Notes under the pieces: generated by a model | What the model saw: only the letters and a program-made list of their open reading frames with translations | The model's database searches: none | What the model was told of the DNA's origin: nothing | In this document: positions 39,473 to 52,300 of the stretch, piece by piece | Layout of the letters: each line of letters begins with the position of its first letter | Numbering within the stretch: position 1 is the stretch's first letter | Assembly: GCF_964204645.1 (NCBI RefSeq) | Contig: NW_027437445.1 | Coordinates: 1-64,000 of the forward strand | DNA from: Tubulanus polymorphus | Taxonomy: Eukaryota; Animalia; Nemertea | DNA length: 64,000 nt | Direction of reading: 5' to 3' | Translations under genes and position numbers: made by a program

Positions 39473-40039
39473 ATTTTGATCTTTTATTCATTTTCAATTT
39501 ATCCATATATTCATTGTGTAAATCATGTGAAATAATATCATTTTCCTCAAGCGCATTTTTCATTGATTTTCTATCTTTATTGTAGAATAATACTAAAAAT
39601 CTAATATTCTCCCTAAAATCTTTAACAATTGAATTATATTTTTGATTTAAAACCCAAGTTGTTATCCAAAAATGTCTTCCAGAGAAAGCTAAATAACATA
39701 ATTCACTCTCTCTAATTTTTGAATCATTTAAATTTGCACAATCATCAATGATAAATAATGTATTTGATCCTTTATAAATATCAATAGCTATTTTCATACA
39801 ATTATCTAAATTTTCTTTAACTGTTTTAGGATTTAATACAAAAAATTATTATTATTTCTAGTAATATTTCTATCATAAGTTTTATTAAATTCATACGTTG
39901 GACAAAATAATACTATATTATCAAAATAGTTTTTATAAATAGTTTCTAATGAATGTAATATAAAATAAGTTTTCCCACAATTAGTTACACCAGAAATTAA
40001 CATATTATGAGGCTCAAATATAAATAATTCCTTATTCAT
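39473..40039 (-). pseudogene. Polinton B packaging ATPase (frameshifted, interrupted)
   Basis: GVTNCGKT, IIDDCA, GRH; highly similar to 63305-63913. Confidence 0.92.
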
Positions 40040-41160
40040 TTATATGTTTTTAATTTTACTTGATAATATCCATTCATTGAATTTATCTGGCCATCCAACC
40101 CATTTTACTAAAGAATCTTTTTTTCTATTAACAGTTTTTGTTTTTAATACTTTTTCAATTTTATATTCTTGTTCTAGATTTTCAGTAGTTAAACTTAATT
40201 CTTCTTCATAAAAATACCCATCAACTTCTTCACCATCTAAATCTTTTAATTTATAGACATATGGTTTTGTTGTTATTACCTTTTTTATTTTATATATTTC
40301 TCTAGTTAAATAACGATCGTATCCTTTGTCAAATGCCTTTTTATACATAGAAATTCTAACATTTTGACCAACTTTGAATTTAGGTTCGCCAAAATCATCT
40401 ACAAGAAATGCTCCATACGAATTATTCCAAACAATTTCAGCATTTTCAGGTTTTCTAGCATCAATAGGTTCCATTCCAATAGAAGAATGATAAGAATTAT
40501 TATAACCTATTATCAATTCTGGTAAAATATCAATCCATTTATAAGTATTATTTACTGTGAAATATTTTGACATTCTTGTTCTCAATGTTCCATTTAATCG
40601 TTCAACAACTGCTGCTTTTTTATCCGATTTTGTTGAAAAATATTTAATATTATGAAAATCTATGAGTCCATGAACTAATTAATGAATTATCAAATTATTT
40701 TCCATCATCAAATTGTATTTTTTCTGGCTTTATTTTACCACCTGAAAGAAATTTTCTTAAAACATTTGATGTTTGTACAGGATATTTTCTATAAAGTGGG
40801 AAGCTCCATACATAACGACTAAAAATATCAATTATATTCAATATCCACCAATAATCATCATTATCTTTTATAAGATTTTTCATATCAATTAAATCTCCTT
40901 GCCACTGTTGATCTACATAACTTACCATAGTTTTACGAGTTTTATATTTTCTAACAATTTTTTTATGTGTTGTATATTTTGGTTGTTCTAACAGAAATTC
41001 ATTTATATCCTTATATTTAACTAAATTTTGTGGGATTATCTCATCTACTTTATCTTGTTTTACTTGTTTCCATATGTTTTTACAGAAGAATAAGCAACCG
41101 AACTCTCAGGATTATAATATAAATTTCTTAGATATTGTTCTTAAGTATTTCGAGTTTTAA
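40040..41160 (-). pseudogene. Polinton B integrase with chromodomain
   Basis: ORFs 40695 and 40040 are collinear with 62177-63304. Confidence 0.92.
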
Positions 41161-41173
41161 CTTTATATTTCTA

Positions 41174-41580
41174 TTATTGAATACTATCGAATTGAGAATT
41201 TATAATATTTAATTGGGCGTCAGATATAATATAAATGTGGACTTTGAAATTTTTGATTCATTTTTCTTTTTTATGAATAATTGAATTCCATCTTTTGTAT
41301 TTTGTAGTTTTTTTTCCCAGAACCATGTAATAAGTTATCTTCAGTTGTTCTAAAATCTAACCATAATGCGTATTTATTACCAGTATAATAATCAATTTGA
41401 TTAATATTACAATTTTCAGATGATTTTATTTTTTCCTTCATAAAATGTTTTCTAATTTCTGGCCACCGATCTATCATTCTCATTCCTTGGCAAAATACTT
41501 TATTAGCTATACCTTCAATAGTTATTTCTACCTTTGATATTTCAGGATTATAATAATTATCAACATTTATTGCGCGTTAT
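41174..41580 (-). pseudogene. Polinton B major capsid protein, C-terminal third
   Basis: Matches ~61740-62146; ends abruptly at the satellite. Confidence 0.9.
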
Positions 41581-41588
41581 TATTTATT

Positions 41589-44500
41589 GCACATTTCGGC
41601 CCGAAAACGTCGTTCAGCGCGAGAAAAGACGTTTTCTCGTCAACTTCTCCCCGTATCGGAAAAATGAAAATGTCGGTGCGCAAAAGCGCTCAAATCGACG
41701 GGAAAAGCACATTTCGGTCCGAAAACGTCGTTCAGCGCGAAAAAAAGACGTTTTCTCGTCAACTTCTCCCCGTATCGGAAAAATGATAATGTCGATGAGC
41801 AAAAGCGCTCAAATCGACGGGAAAAGCACATTTCGGCCCGAAAACGTCGTTCAGCGCGAGAAAAGACGTTTTCTCGTCAACTTCTCCCCGTATCGGAAAA
41901 ATGAAAATGTCGATGAGCAAAAGCGCTCAAATCGTCGGGAAAATCACATTTCGGTCCGGAAACGTCATTCAGCGCGAGAAAAGACGTTTTCTCGTCAACT
42001 TCTCCCCGCATCGGAAAAATTATAATGTCGATGCGCAAAAGAGCTCAAATCGACGGGAAAAGCACATTTCGGCCCGAAAACGTCGTTCAGCGCGAGAAAA
42101 GACGTTTTCTCGTCAACTTCTCCCCGCATCGGAAAAATGATAATCTCGATGCGCAAAAGCGCTCAAATCGACGGGAAAAGCACATCTCGGTCCGAAAACG
42201 TCGTTCATGTCGAGAAAAGACGTTTTCTCGTCAACTTCTCCCCGTATCGGAAAAATGATAATGTCGATGCGCAAAAGCGCTCAAATCGTCAGGGAAAGCA
42301 CTTTTCGACCCGCAAACGTCGTTCAGCGCGAGAAAAGTCGTTTTCGTATCGAATATTCCCCCTATCGGAAAAACGGCGACGTCGATGCGCAAAAGCACTC
42401 AAATCGTCGGAAAAAGCACATTTCGGCCCGAAAACGTCGTTCAGATCGAGAAAAGACGTTTTCTCGTCAACTTCTCCCCGTATCGGAAAATGATAATGTC
42501 GATGCGCAAAAGCGTTCAAATCGACGGGAAAAGCACATTTCGGCCCGAAAACGTCGTTCAGCGCGAGAAAAGACGTTTTCTCGTCAACTTATCCCCGTAT
42601 CGGAAAAATGATAATGTCGATGCGCAAAAGCGCTCAAATCGTCAGGGAAAAGCACTTTTCGACCCGAAAACGTCGTTCAGCGTGAGAAAAGACGTTTTCT
42701 CGTCAACTTCTCCCCGTATCGGAAAAATGATAATGCCGATGCGCAAAAGCGCTCAATTCGACGGGAAAAGCACATTTCGGTCCGAAAACGTCGTTCAGCG
42801 CGAGAAAAGACGTTTTCTCGTCAACTTCTCCCCGTATCGGAAAAATGATAATGTCGATGCGCAAAAGCGCTCAAATCGACGGGAAAAGCACATTTCGGCC
42901 CGAAAACGTCGTTCAGCGCGAGAAAAGACGTTTTCGTATCGAATATTTCCCCTATCAGAAAAACGACGATGTCAATGCGTTAAAAGCGCTCAAATCGTCA
43001 GGAAAAGCGCATTTCGGCCCGAAAACGTCGTTCAGCGCGAGAAAAGACGTTTTCTCGTCAACTTCTCCCCGTATCGGAAAAACGACGTTGTCGATGCGTA
43101 AAAGCGCTCAAATCGTCAGGAAAAGCACATTTCGGTCCGAAAACGTCGCTCAGCGCGAGAAAAGACGTTTTCTCGTCAACTTCTACCTGTAACGGAAAAA
43201 TTATAATGTCGATGCGTAAGCGCTCAAATCGTCAGGAAAAGCACTTTTCGACCCGAAAACGTCGTTCAGCGCGAGAAAAAACGTTTTCGTATCGAATATT
43301 CCTCCTATCGGAAAAACGACAATGTCGATTCGTAAAAGCGCACAAATCGTCAGGAAAAGCGCATATCGGCCCAAAAACGTCGTTCAGTGCGAGAAAAGAC
43401 GTTTTCTCGTCAACTTCTCCCCGTATCGGAAAAATCATAATGCCGATGCGCAAAAGCGCTCAAATCGACGGGAAAAGCACATTTCGGCCCGAAAACGTCG
43501 TTCAGTGCGAGAAAAGACGTTTTCTCGTCAACATCTCCCCGTATCGGAAAAATGATAATGTCGATGAGCAAAAGCGCTTAATTCGACGGGAAAAGCACAT
43601 TTCGGTCCGAAAACGTCGTTCAGCGCGAGAAAAGACGTTTTCTCGTCAACTTCTCCCCGTATCGGAAAAATGATAATGTCGATGCGCAAAAGCGCTCAAA
43701 TCGACGGGAAAAGCACATTTCGGCCCGAAAACGTCGTTCAGCGCGAGAAAAGACGTTTTCGTATCGAATATTTCCCCTATCGGAAAAACGACGTTGTCGA
43801 TGCGTAAAAGCGCTCAAATCGTCAGGAAATGCACTTTACGACCCGAAAACGTCGTTCAGCGCGAGAAAAGACGTTTTCGTATCGAATATTCCCCCTATCA
43901 GAAAAACGACGATGTCAATGCGTAAAAGCGGTCAAATCGTCAGGAAAAGCGCATTTCGGCCCGAAAACGTCGTTCAGCGCGAGAAAAGACGTTTTCTCGT
44001 CAACTTCTCCCCGTATCGGAAAAATGATAATGTCGATGCGTAAAAGCGCTCAAATCGTCAGGAAAAGCGCATTTCGGCCCGAAAACGTCGTTCAGCGCGA
44101 GAAAAGACGTTTTCTCGTCAACTTCTCCCCGTATCGGAAAATGATAAATAATGTCGATGCGTAAAAGCGCTCAAATCGACGGGAAAAGCACATTTCGACC
44201 CGAAAACGTCGTTCAGCGCGAGAAAAGACGTTTTCGTATCGAATATTCCCCCTATCGGAAAAACGACAATGTCGATTCGTAAAAGCGCACAAATCGTCCG
44301 GAAAAGCGCATATCGGCCCGAAAACGTCGTTCAGTGCGAGAAAAGACGTTTTCTCGTCAGCTTCTCCCCGTATCGGAAAAATTATAATGCCGATGCGCAA
44401 AAGCGCTCAAATCGACGGGAAAAGCACATTTCGCCCCGAAAACGTCGTTCAGCGCGAGAAAAGACGTTTTCTCGTCAACTTCTCCCCGTATCGGAAAAAT

Positions 44501-47500
44501 GATAAATAATGTCGATGCGTAAAAGCGCTCAAATCGACGGGAAAAGCACATTTCGACCCGAAAACGTCGTTCAGCGCGAGAAAAGACGTTTTCTCGTCAA
44601 CTTATCCCCGTATCGGGAAAATGAAAATGTCGATGCGCAAAAGCGCTCTAATCGACGGGAAAAGCACATTTCGGCCCGAAAACGTCGTTCAGCGCGAGAA
44701 AAGACGTTTTCTCGTCAACTTCTCCCCGTATCGGAAAAATGAAAATGTCGATGCGCAAAAGCGCACAAATCGTCGGAAAAAGCACATTTCGGCCCGAAAA
44801 CGTCGTTCAGCGTGAGAAAAGACGTTTTCTCGACGGGAAAAGCACATTTCGGTCCGAAAACGTCGTTCAGCGCGAGAAAAGACGTTTTCTCGTCAACTTC
44901 TCCCCGTATCGGAAAATGATAAATAATGTCGATGCGTAAAAGCGCTCAAATCGACGGGAAAAGCACATTTCGACCCGAAAACGTCGTTCAGCGCGAGAAA
45001 AGACGTTTTCGTATCGAATATTCCCCCTATCGGAAAAACGACAATGTCGATTCGTAAAAGCGCACAAATCGTCAGGAAAAGCGCATATCGGCCCGAAAAC
45101 GTCGTTCAGTGCGAGAAAAGACGTTTTCTCGTCAGCTTCTCCCCGTATCGGAAAAATTATAATGCCGATGCGCAAAAGCGCTCAAATCGACGGGAAAAGC
45201 ACATTTCGCCCCGAAAACGTCGTTCAGCGCGAGAAAAGACGTTTTCTCGTCAATTTCTCCCCGTATCGGAAAAATGATAAATAATGTCGATGCGTAAAAG
45301 CGCTCAAATCGACGGGAAAAGCACATTTCGACCCGAAAACGTCGTTCAGCGCGAGAAAAGACGTTTTCTCGTCAACTTATCCCCGTATCGGGAAAATGAA
45401 AATGTCGATGCGCAAAAGCGCTCTAATCGACGGGAAAAGCACATTTCGGCCCGAAAACGTCGTTCAGCGCGAGAAAAGACGTTTTCTCGTCAACTTCTCC
45501 CCGTATCGGAAAAATGAAAATGTCGATGCGCAAAAGCGCACAAATCGTCGGAAAAAGCACATTTCGGCCCGAAAACGTCGTTCAGCTCGAGAAAAGACGT
45601 TTTCTCGACGGGAAAAGCACATTTCGGTCCGAAAACGTCGTTCAGCGCGAGAAAAGACGTTTTCTCGTCAACTTCTCCCCGTAACGGAAAAATGATAATG
45701 TCGATGCGTAAAAGCGCTCAAATCGTCAGGAAAAGCACTTTTCGACCCGAAAACGTCGTTCAGCGCGAGAAAAGACGTTTTCGTATCGAATATTTCCCCT
45801 ATCGGAAAAACGACGTTGTCGATGCGTAAAAGCGCTCAAATCGTCAGGAAATGCACTTTTCGACCCGAAAACGTCGTTCAGCGCGAGAAAAGACGTTTTC
45901 GTATCGAATATTCCCCCTATCAGAAAAACGACGATGTCGATGCGTAAAAGCGCTCAAATCGTCAGGAAATGCACATTTCGGCCCGAAAACGTCGTTCAGC
46001 GCGAGAAAAGACGTTTTCTCGTCAACTTTTCCCCGTATAGGAAAAATGATAATGTCGATTCGCAAAAGCGCTCAAATCGACGGGAAAAGCACATTTCGGC
46101 CCGAAAACGTCGTTCAGCGCGAGAAAAGACGTTTTCTCGTCAACTTCTTCTCCCCGTAACGGAAAAATGATAATGTCGATTCGCAAAAGCGCTCAAATCG
46201 ACGGGAAAAGCACATTTCGGCCCGAAAACGTCGTTCAGCGCAGGAAAGACGTTTTCTCGTCAACTTCTTCTCCCCGTAACGGAAAAATGATAATGTCGAT
46301 TCGCAAAAGCGCTCAAATCGACGGGAAAAGCACATTTCGGCCCGAAAACGTCGTTCAGCGCGAGAAAGACGTTTTCTTGTCAACTTCTCCCCGTATCGGA
46401 AAATGAAAATGTCGATGCGGAAAAGCGCACAAATCGTCGGAAAAAGCACATTTCGGCCCGAAAACGTCGTTCAGCGCGAGAAAAGACGTTTTCTCGACGG
46501 GAAAAGCACATTTCGGTCCGAAAACGTCGTTCAGCGCGAGAAAAGACGTTTTCTCGTCAACTTCTCCCCGTAACGGAAAAATGATAATGTCGATGCGTAA
46601 AAGCGCTCAAATCGTCAGGAAAAGCACTTTTCGACCCGAAAACGTCGTTCAGCGCGAGAAAAGACGTTTTCGTATCGAATAATCCCCCTATCGGAAAAAC
46701 GACAATGTCGATGAGTAAAAGCGCACAAATCGTCAGGAAAAGCGCATTTCGGCCCGAAAACGTCGTTCAGCGTGAGAAAAGACGTTTTCTCGTCAACTTC
46801 TCCCCGTATCGGAAAAATGATAATGCCGATGCGCAAAAGCGCTCAATTCGACGGGAAAAGCACATTTCGGTCCGAAAACGTCGTTCAGCGCGAGAAAAGA
46901 CGTTTTCTCGTCAACTTCTCCCCGTATCGGAAAAATGATAATGTCGATGCGCAAAAGCGCTCAAATCGACGGGAAAAGCACATTTCGGCCCGAAAACGTC
47001 GTTCAGCGCGAGAAAAGACGTTTTCGTATCGAATATTTCCCCTATCAGAAAAACGACGATTAAAATGCGAAAAAGCGCTCAAATCGTCAGGAAAAGCGCA
47101 TTTCGGCCCGAAAACGTCGTTCAGCGCGCGAAAAGACGTTTTCTCGTCAACTTCTCCCCGTATCGGAAAAATGAAAATGTCGATGCGCAAAAGCGCACAA
47201 ATCGTCGGAAAAAGCACATTTCGGCCCGAAAACGTCGTTCAGCGTGAGAAAAGACGTTTTCTCGACGGGAAAAGCACATTTCGGTCCGAAAACGTCGTTC
47301 AGCGCGAGAAAAGACGTTTTCTCGTCAACTTCTCCCCGTAACGGAAAAATGATAATGTCGATGCGTAAAAGCGCTCAAATCGTCAGGAAAAGCACTTTTC
47401 GACCCGAAAACGTCGTTCAGCGCGAGAAAAGACGTTTTCGTATCGAATAATCCCCCTATCGGAAAAACGACAATGTCGATGAGTAAAAGCGCACAAATCG

Positions 47501-49252
47501 TCAGGAAAAGCGCATATCGGCCCAAAAACGTCGTTCAGTGCGAGAAAAGACGTTTTCTCGTCAACTTCTCCCCGTATCGGAAAAATGATAATGCCGATGC
47601 GCAAAAGCGCTCAATTCGACGGGAAAAGCACATTTCGGTCCGAAAACGTCGTTCAGCGCGAGAAAAGACGTTTTCTCGTCAACTTCTCCCCGTATCGGAA
47701 AAATGATAATGTCGATGCGCAAAAGCGCTCAAATCGACGGGAAAAGCACATTTCGGCCCGAAAACGTCGTTCAGCGCGAGAAAAGACGTTTTCGTATCGA
47801 ATATTTCCCCTATCAGAAAAACGACGATTAAAATGCGAAAAAGCGCTCAAATCGTCAGGAAAAGCGCATTTCGGCCCGAAAACGTCGTTCAGCGCGCGAA
47901 AAGACGTTTTCTCGTCAACTTCTCCCCGTATCGGAAAAATGAAAATGTCAATGCGCAAAAGCGCACAAATCGTCGGAAAAAGCACATTTCGGCCCGAAAA
48001 CGTCGTTCAGCGTGAGAAAAGACGTTTTCTCGACGGGAAAAGCACATTTCGGTCCGAAAACGTCGTTCAGCGCGAGAAAAGACGTTTTCTCGTCAACTTC
48101 TACCTGTAACGGAAAAATTATAATGTCGATGCGTAAAAGCGCTCAAATCGTCAGGAAAAGCACTTTTCGACCCGAAAACGTCGTTCAGCGCGAGAAAAGA
48201 CGTTTTCGTATCGAATATTCCCCCTATCAGAAAAACGACGATGTCAATGCGTAAAAGCGGTCAAATCGTCAGGAAAAGCGCATTTCGGCCCGAAAACGTC
48301 GTTCAGCGCGAGAAAAGACGTTTTCTTGTCAACTTCTCCCCGTATCGGAAAAATGATAATGTCGATGCGTAAAAGCGCTCAAATCGTCAGGAAAAGCGCA
48401 TTTCGGACCGAAAACGTCGTTCAGCGCGAGAAAAGACGTTTTCTCGTCAACTTCTCCCCGTATCGGAAAAATGATAAATAATGTCGATGCGTAAAAGCGC
48501 TCAAATCGACGGGAAAAGCACATTTCGACCCGAAAACGTCGTTCAGCGCGAGAAAAGACGTTTTCGTATCGAATATTCCCCCTATCGGAAAAACGACGAT
48601 GTCGATTCGTAAAAGCGCACAAATCGTCAGGAAAAGCGCATATCGGCCCGAAAACGTCGTTCATTGCGAGAAAAGACGTTTTCTCGTCAACTTCTCCCCG
48701 TATCGGAAAAATTATAATGCCGATGCGCAAAAGCGCTCAAATCGACGGGAAAAGCACATTTCGCCCCGAAAACGTCGTTCAGCGCGAGAAAAGACGTTTT
48801 CTCGTCAACTTCTCCCCGTATCGGAAAAATGATAAATAATGTCGATGCGTAAAAGCGCTCAAATCGACGGGAAAAGCACATTTCGACCCGAAAACGTCGT
48901 TCAGCGCGAGAAAAGACGTTTTCGTATCGAATATTCCCCCTATCAGAAAAACGACGACGTCAATGCGTAAAAGCGCTCAAATCGACGGGAAAAGCACATT
49001 TCGGCCCGAAAACGTCGTTCAGCGCGAGAAAAGACGTTTTCTCGTCAACTTATCCCCGTATCGGAAAAATGAAAATGTCGATGCGCAAAAGCGCTCTAAT
49101 CGACGGGAAAAGCACATTTCGGCCCGAAAACGTCGTTCAGCGCGAGAAAAGACGTTTTCTCGTCAACTTCTCCCCGTATCGGAAAAATGATAATGTCGAT
49201 GAGCAAAAGCGCTCAAATCGTCGGGAAAATCACATTTCGGTCCGAAAACGTC
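41589..49252. repeat. 118-bp satellite array, about 65 monomers
   Basis: Unit GCACATTTCGGCCCGAAAACGTCGTTCAGCGCGAGAAAAGACGTTTTCTCGTCAACTTCTCCCCGTATCGGAAAAATGATAATGTCGATGCGCAAAAGCGCTCAAATCGACGGGAAAA; first period 41589 to 41707. Confidence 0.98.
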
Positions 49253-49338
49253 AGTAATTGGGAATGTAGGCTTTCAGATCAGAGGGCGAGAGGGCGAGAC
49301 ACCACTCATCACCACAAGTAATTTTTTTTTCCTTATAA

Positions 49339-52300
49339 ATGGGGGAGAATGAACACCAACTAGAAAACAATAATGTCAATAAAAATCAATATTATTGTCA
49401 ATATTGTAAAAAAAAAATCGATACATCTTATAAAACACGACATGAAAAAACTGCAAATCATATAAAAAATGTAATAGATTTTGAAACTCCAGAAAATTCC
49501 AATGAAAGAAAAGAACGATTAGAAAATATGAATGTGGATGAAATAAAATGTGAAGTTTGTAATGAATTTATAGTAAAAAGGAATTATAATAGACATCTCG
49601 AATCACAAAAACATTATAAAAATTTAAATAAAAATGTTTTAGGATTAGAATATTTTGATAATAAACCTCAACAAGTAAAAGAATCAACTTCAAAAACTAA
49701 ATCCATTTCAAATAAACCTTACATGGAAAATGTTAGAAATTATATTGATTCACTAGAAATAAAAGATACAATTGAAATTTTAGAAACATTACATAGTAAA
49801 ATTGGTCCTGCAGCTATTATATTTAGATTTTTTAAAGGTACAACAATAGAAGATTATAGTAAATTTAATGAAATAATAGAAAAAATACTAGATTTGATAA
49901 CAGATGTTGAATATCCAAAAATTAGTATCTCTGGGAAAGTAAGTTTTATAAAGTCAGAAGATAAAATGGATTATAATATTCAAACACTCTCTGAAGAAAT
50001 AATTTCAAAAACACAAATAAAAGAGAAGTTAGAAAAAATATTAAATGAATTTAAACGTCATATTGAAGAAAGATATTTTGAGGGTTCTGGCTTAACATTG
50101 AATGAAATTATATATTTAGATTTAAATGTTTATAATACAAAAAGGAATAAAACATCAAAAAGTAATAAAATGTTTAAAAATGATTCAAACTTTACAACAG
50201 AAAAGGATATTAAAGCATCATCTTATATTAAATTACCATTTATAACAAAAGCAGTAATAAATATTCAAAATGAAGATAATAAATGTTTTCTATGGTCAAT
50301 TATTAGTTGCTTACATCCAACACAGGAAAATGTTTGTAGAATAACAGATTATCGGAAATATGAAACATTATATAAAATTGATCAATATCCAGTAACTATA
50401 AAAATGATTCCTAAAATAGAAAAAGTTAATAATTTAAAAATAAATGTATTCGAATTAATGCAATTACCAAAGACAAAAGGTGAAAATATTAAAGATTATA
50501 CATTGGAAGCTTTATATTTAACAGAATATTATGATGATGAAAATGCTATAGATTTGTTACATTACAAAAAAGATGAAAATGAACATTATATGTGGTTAAA
50601 ACAAATTGATTTATTCTTTAGAACAGAAAGTGATCATCATAATAAAATTTATCTATGTAGAAAATGTTTATCTAAATTTATGACTGAGAATACATTATTA
50701 AAACATAAAGAATTATGTGATAATAAAGATTTTTGTAAATTAATAATGCCAACAGAAAAAGATTATAAATTGAAATTTACTAATCATAAATTTAAAAATA
50801 TTGTTCCATTTGTAATTTATGGGGATTTTGAATCGTTGAATAAAGAATTAACTGGTCAAGATAGAAAAGAAATATATAACAAAAAGCAATTATTAAAATC
50901 AATGGATAAAGGAAATGAATTAAATGAAGACACAATACAAGACCCACCAATTATAAATACAATTAAAAAAGTTCATCAAAGAGCTGCTGCTTATGGAATT
51001 TACATAAAATCAAATTATCCTGAATTATATGAAAGTCAATATATTTCTTTTAGAGGTGAAAATGTAGTTAATGATTTTTGTGATAAAATGATTGAATTAG
51101 AAAGTGATTTTACAAAATTATTAAACAAAAATAAAAGAATAGTTATGACAAAAGAAGATGAAATTGATTTTAATTATGCAACTCATTTTTGTTACTGTGA
51201 AAAACGTTTTTATTCATTTGATAAAAAAGTTAGAGATCATGATCATTTAAATTCAAAATATCGTGGAGCTGCTCATGAAGATTGCAATTTACAAGCTAAA
51301 AAAGTAAATTTCGTACCAATATTATTTCATAATTTATCAGGATATGATACCCATCTATTTATAAAACAATTATCAGGAAAATTGGGTGCAATTAATCAAG
51401 AAATAGAAGAATATAATGCTATGAATGAAGCAAATGTAAGAAAATATGATTTTAAACTATTAGCTAAAACATCTGAAAATTATATTTCATTTCAATTTGG
51501 TTGCATTAGATTTTTAGATTCTTATAGATTTCTAGCAAGTTCATTAGATAATTTATCAAAAAGTTTAGTTGATAATGATTTTGTTATAACTCGATATTAT
51601 TATCCAAATGAACAAGATTTTAAATTATTGAGATATAAAGGCGCAATTCCTTATTCATTTTATAAAACACATGATGATTTTAATGTAACAGAATTATTAA
51701 AAGATCAATTTTATGATCAATTAAAAGAGGAGTATGTGAAAGACGAAGTTTTTAATAGAACATTAAATATTTGGAACCATTTTAAGATGAAAAATCATGG
51801 CGAATTAGTTGATTTATATTTAAAATCAGATGTTATGATATTGGCTGACATATTTGAAAAATTTAGAGAAGTTAATTTGAATCATTTTAATGTTGATCCT
51901 TGTTATTGTTATTCTAGCCCAGGATTAACCTGGCAATGTGGTTTAAAATATACAAATGTAGAATTAGATTTATTAAAAGAACCAGATATGATTTTATTAT
52001 TTGAAAAATCAATTAGAGGTGGAATTAGTGGTGTTATGGGAGATAGGTATTTTAAAGCAAATGATGAATATAAATTATTATATATTGACGCCAATAATTT
52101 ATATGGTTGGGCAATGATGCAACCTCAACCATATAAAAATTTTATATTAACAGAAGTTGAAAATGGTGATAAAACTGATTGGGAAAGCGCAATTATTAGT
52201 TTAAAAGATGAAGCACCAATTGGTTATTTCTTTGTAGTTGATTTAGAATATCCTGAAAATATAAAGTTTAAAACAAGAAACTTACCTTATTGCCCAGAAC

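Larger units (their letters stand above)
11501..41580 (-). mobile_element. Polinton/Maverick copy B (right-hand part; interrupted by 26 kb of nested elements, left part lost at the satellite)
   Basis: Terminus AGTAATTGG at 11501; MCP tail-INT-ATPase collinear with copy C; the ATPase halves rejoin exactly across the 9-bp TSD. Confidence 0.88.

Noticed and set aside
41589-49252. CENP-B box in the satellite
   Set aside because: TTCG and CGGG both occur, but I could not find the required TTCG-N4-A-N2-CGGG spacing on either strand
41534-49257. Dozens of Arg/Lys-rich ORFs; superficial resemblance to a CRISPR array
   Set aside because: They are translations of the satellite in all frames; there are no unique spacers and no cas genes
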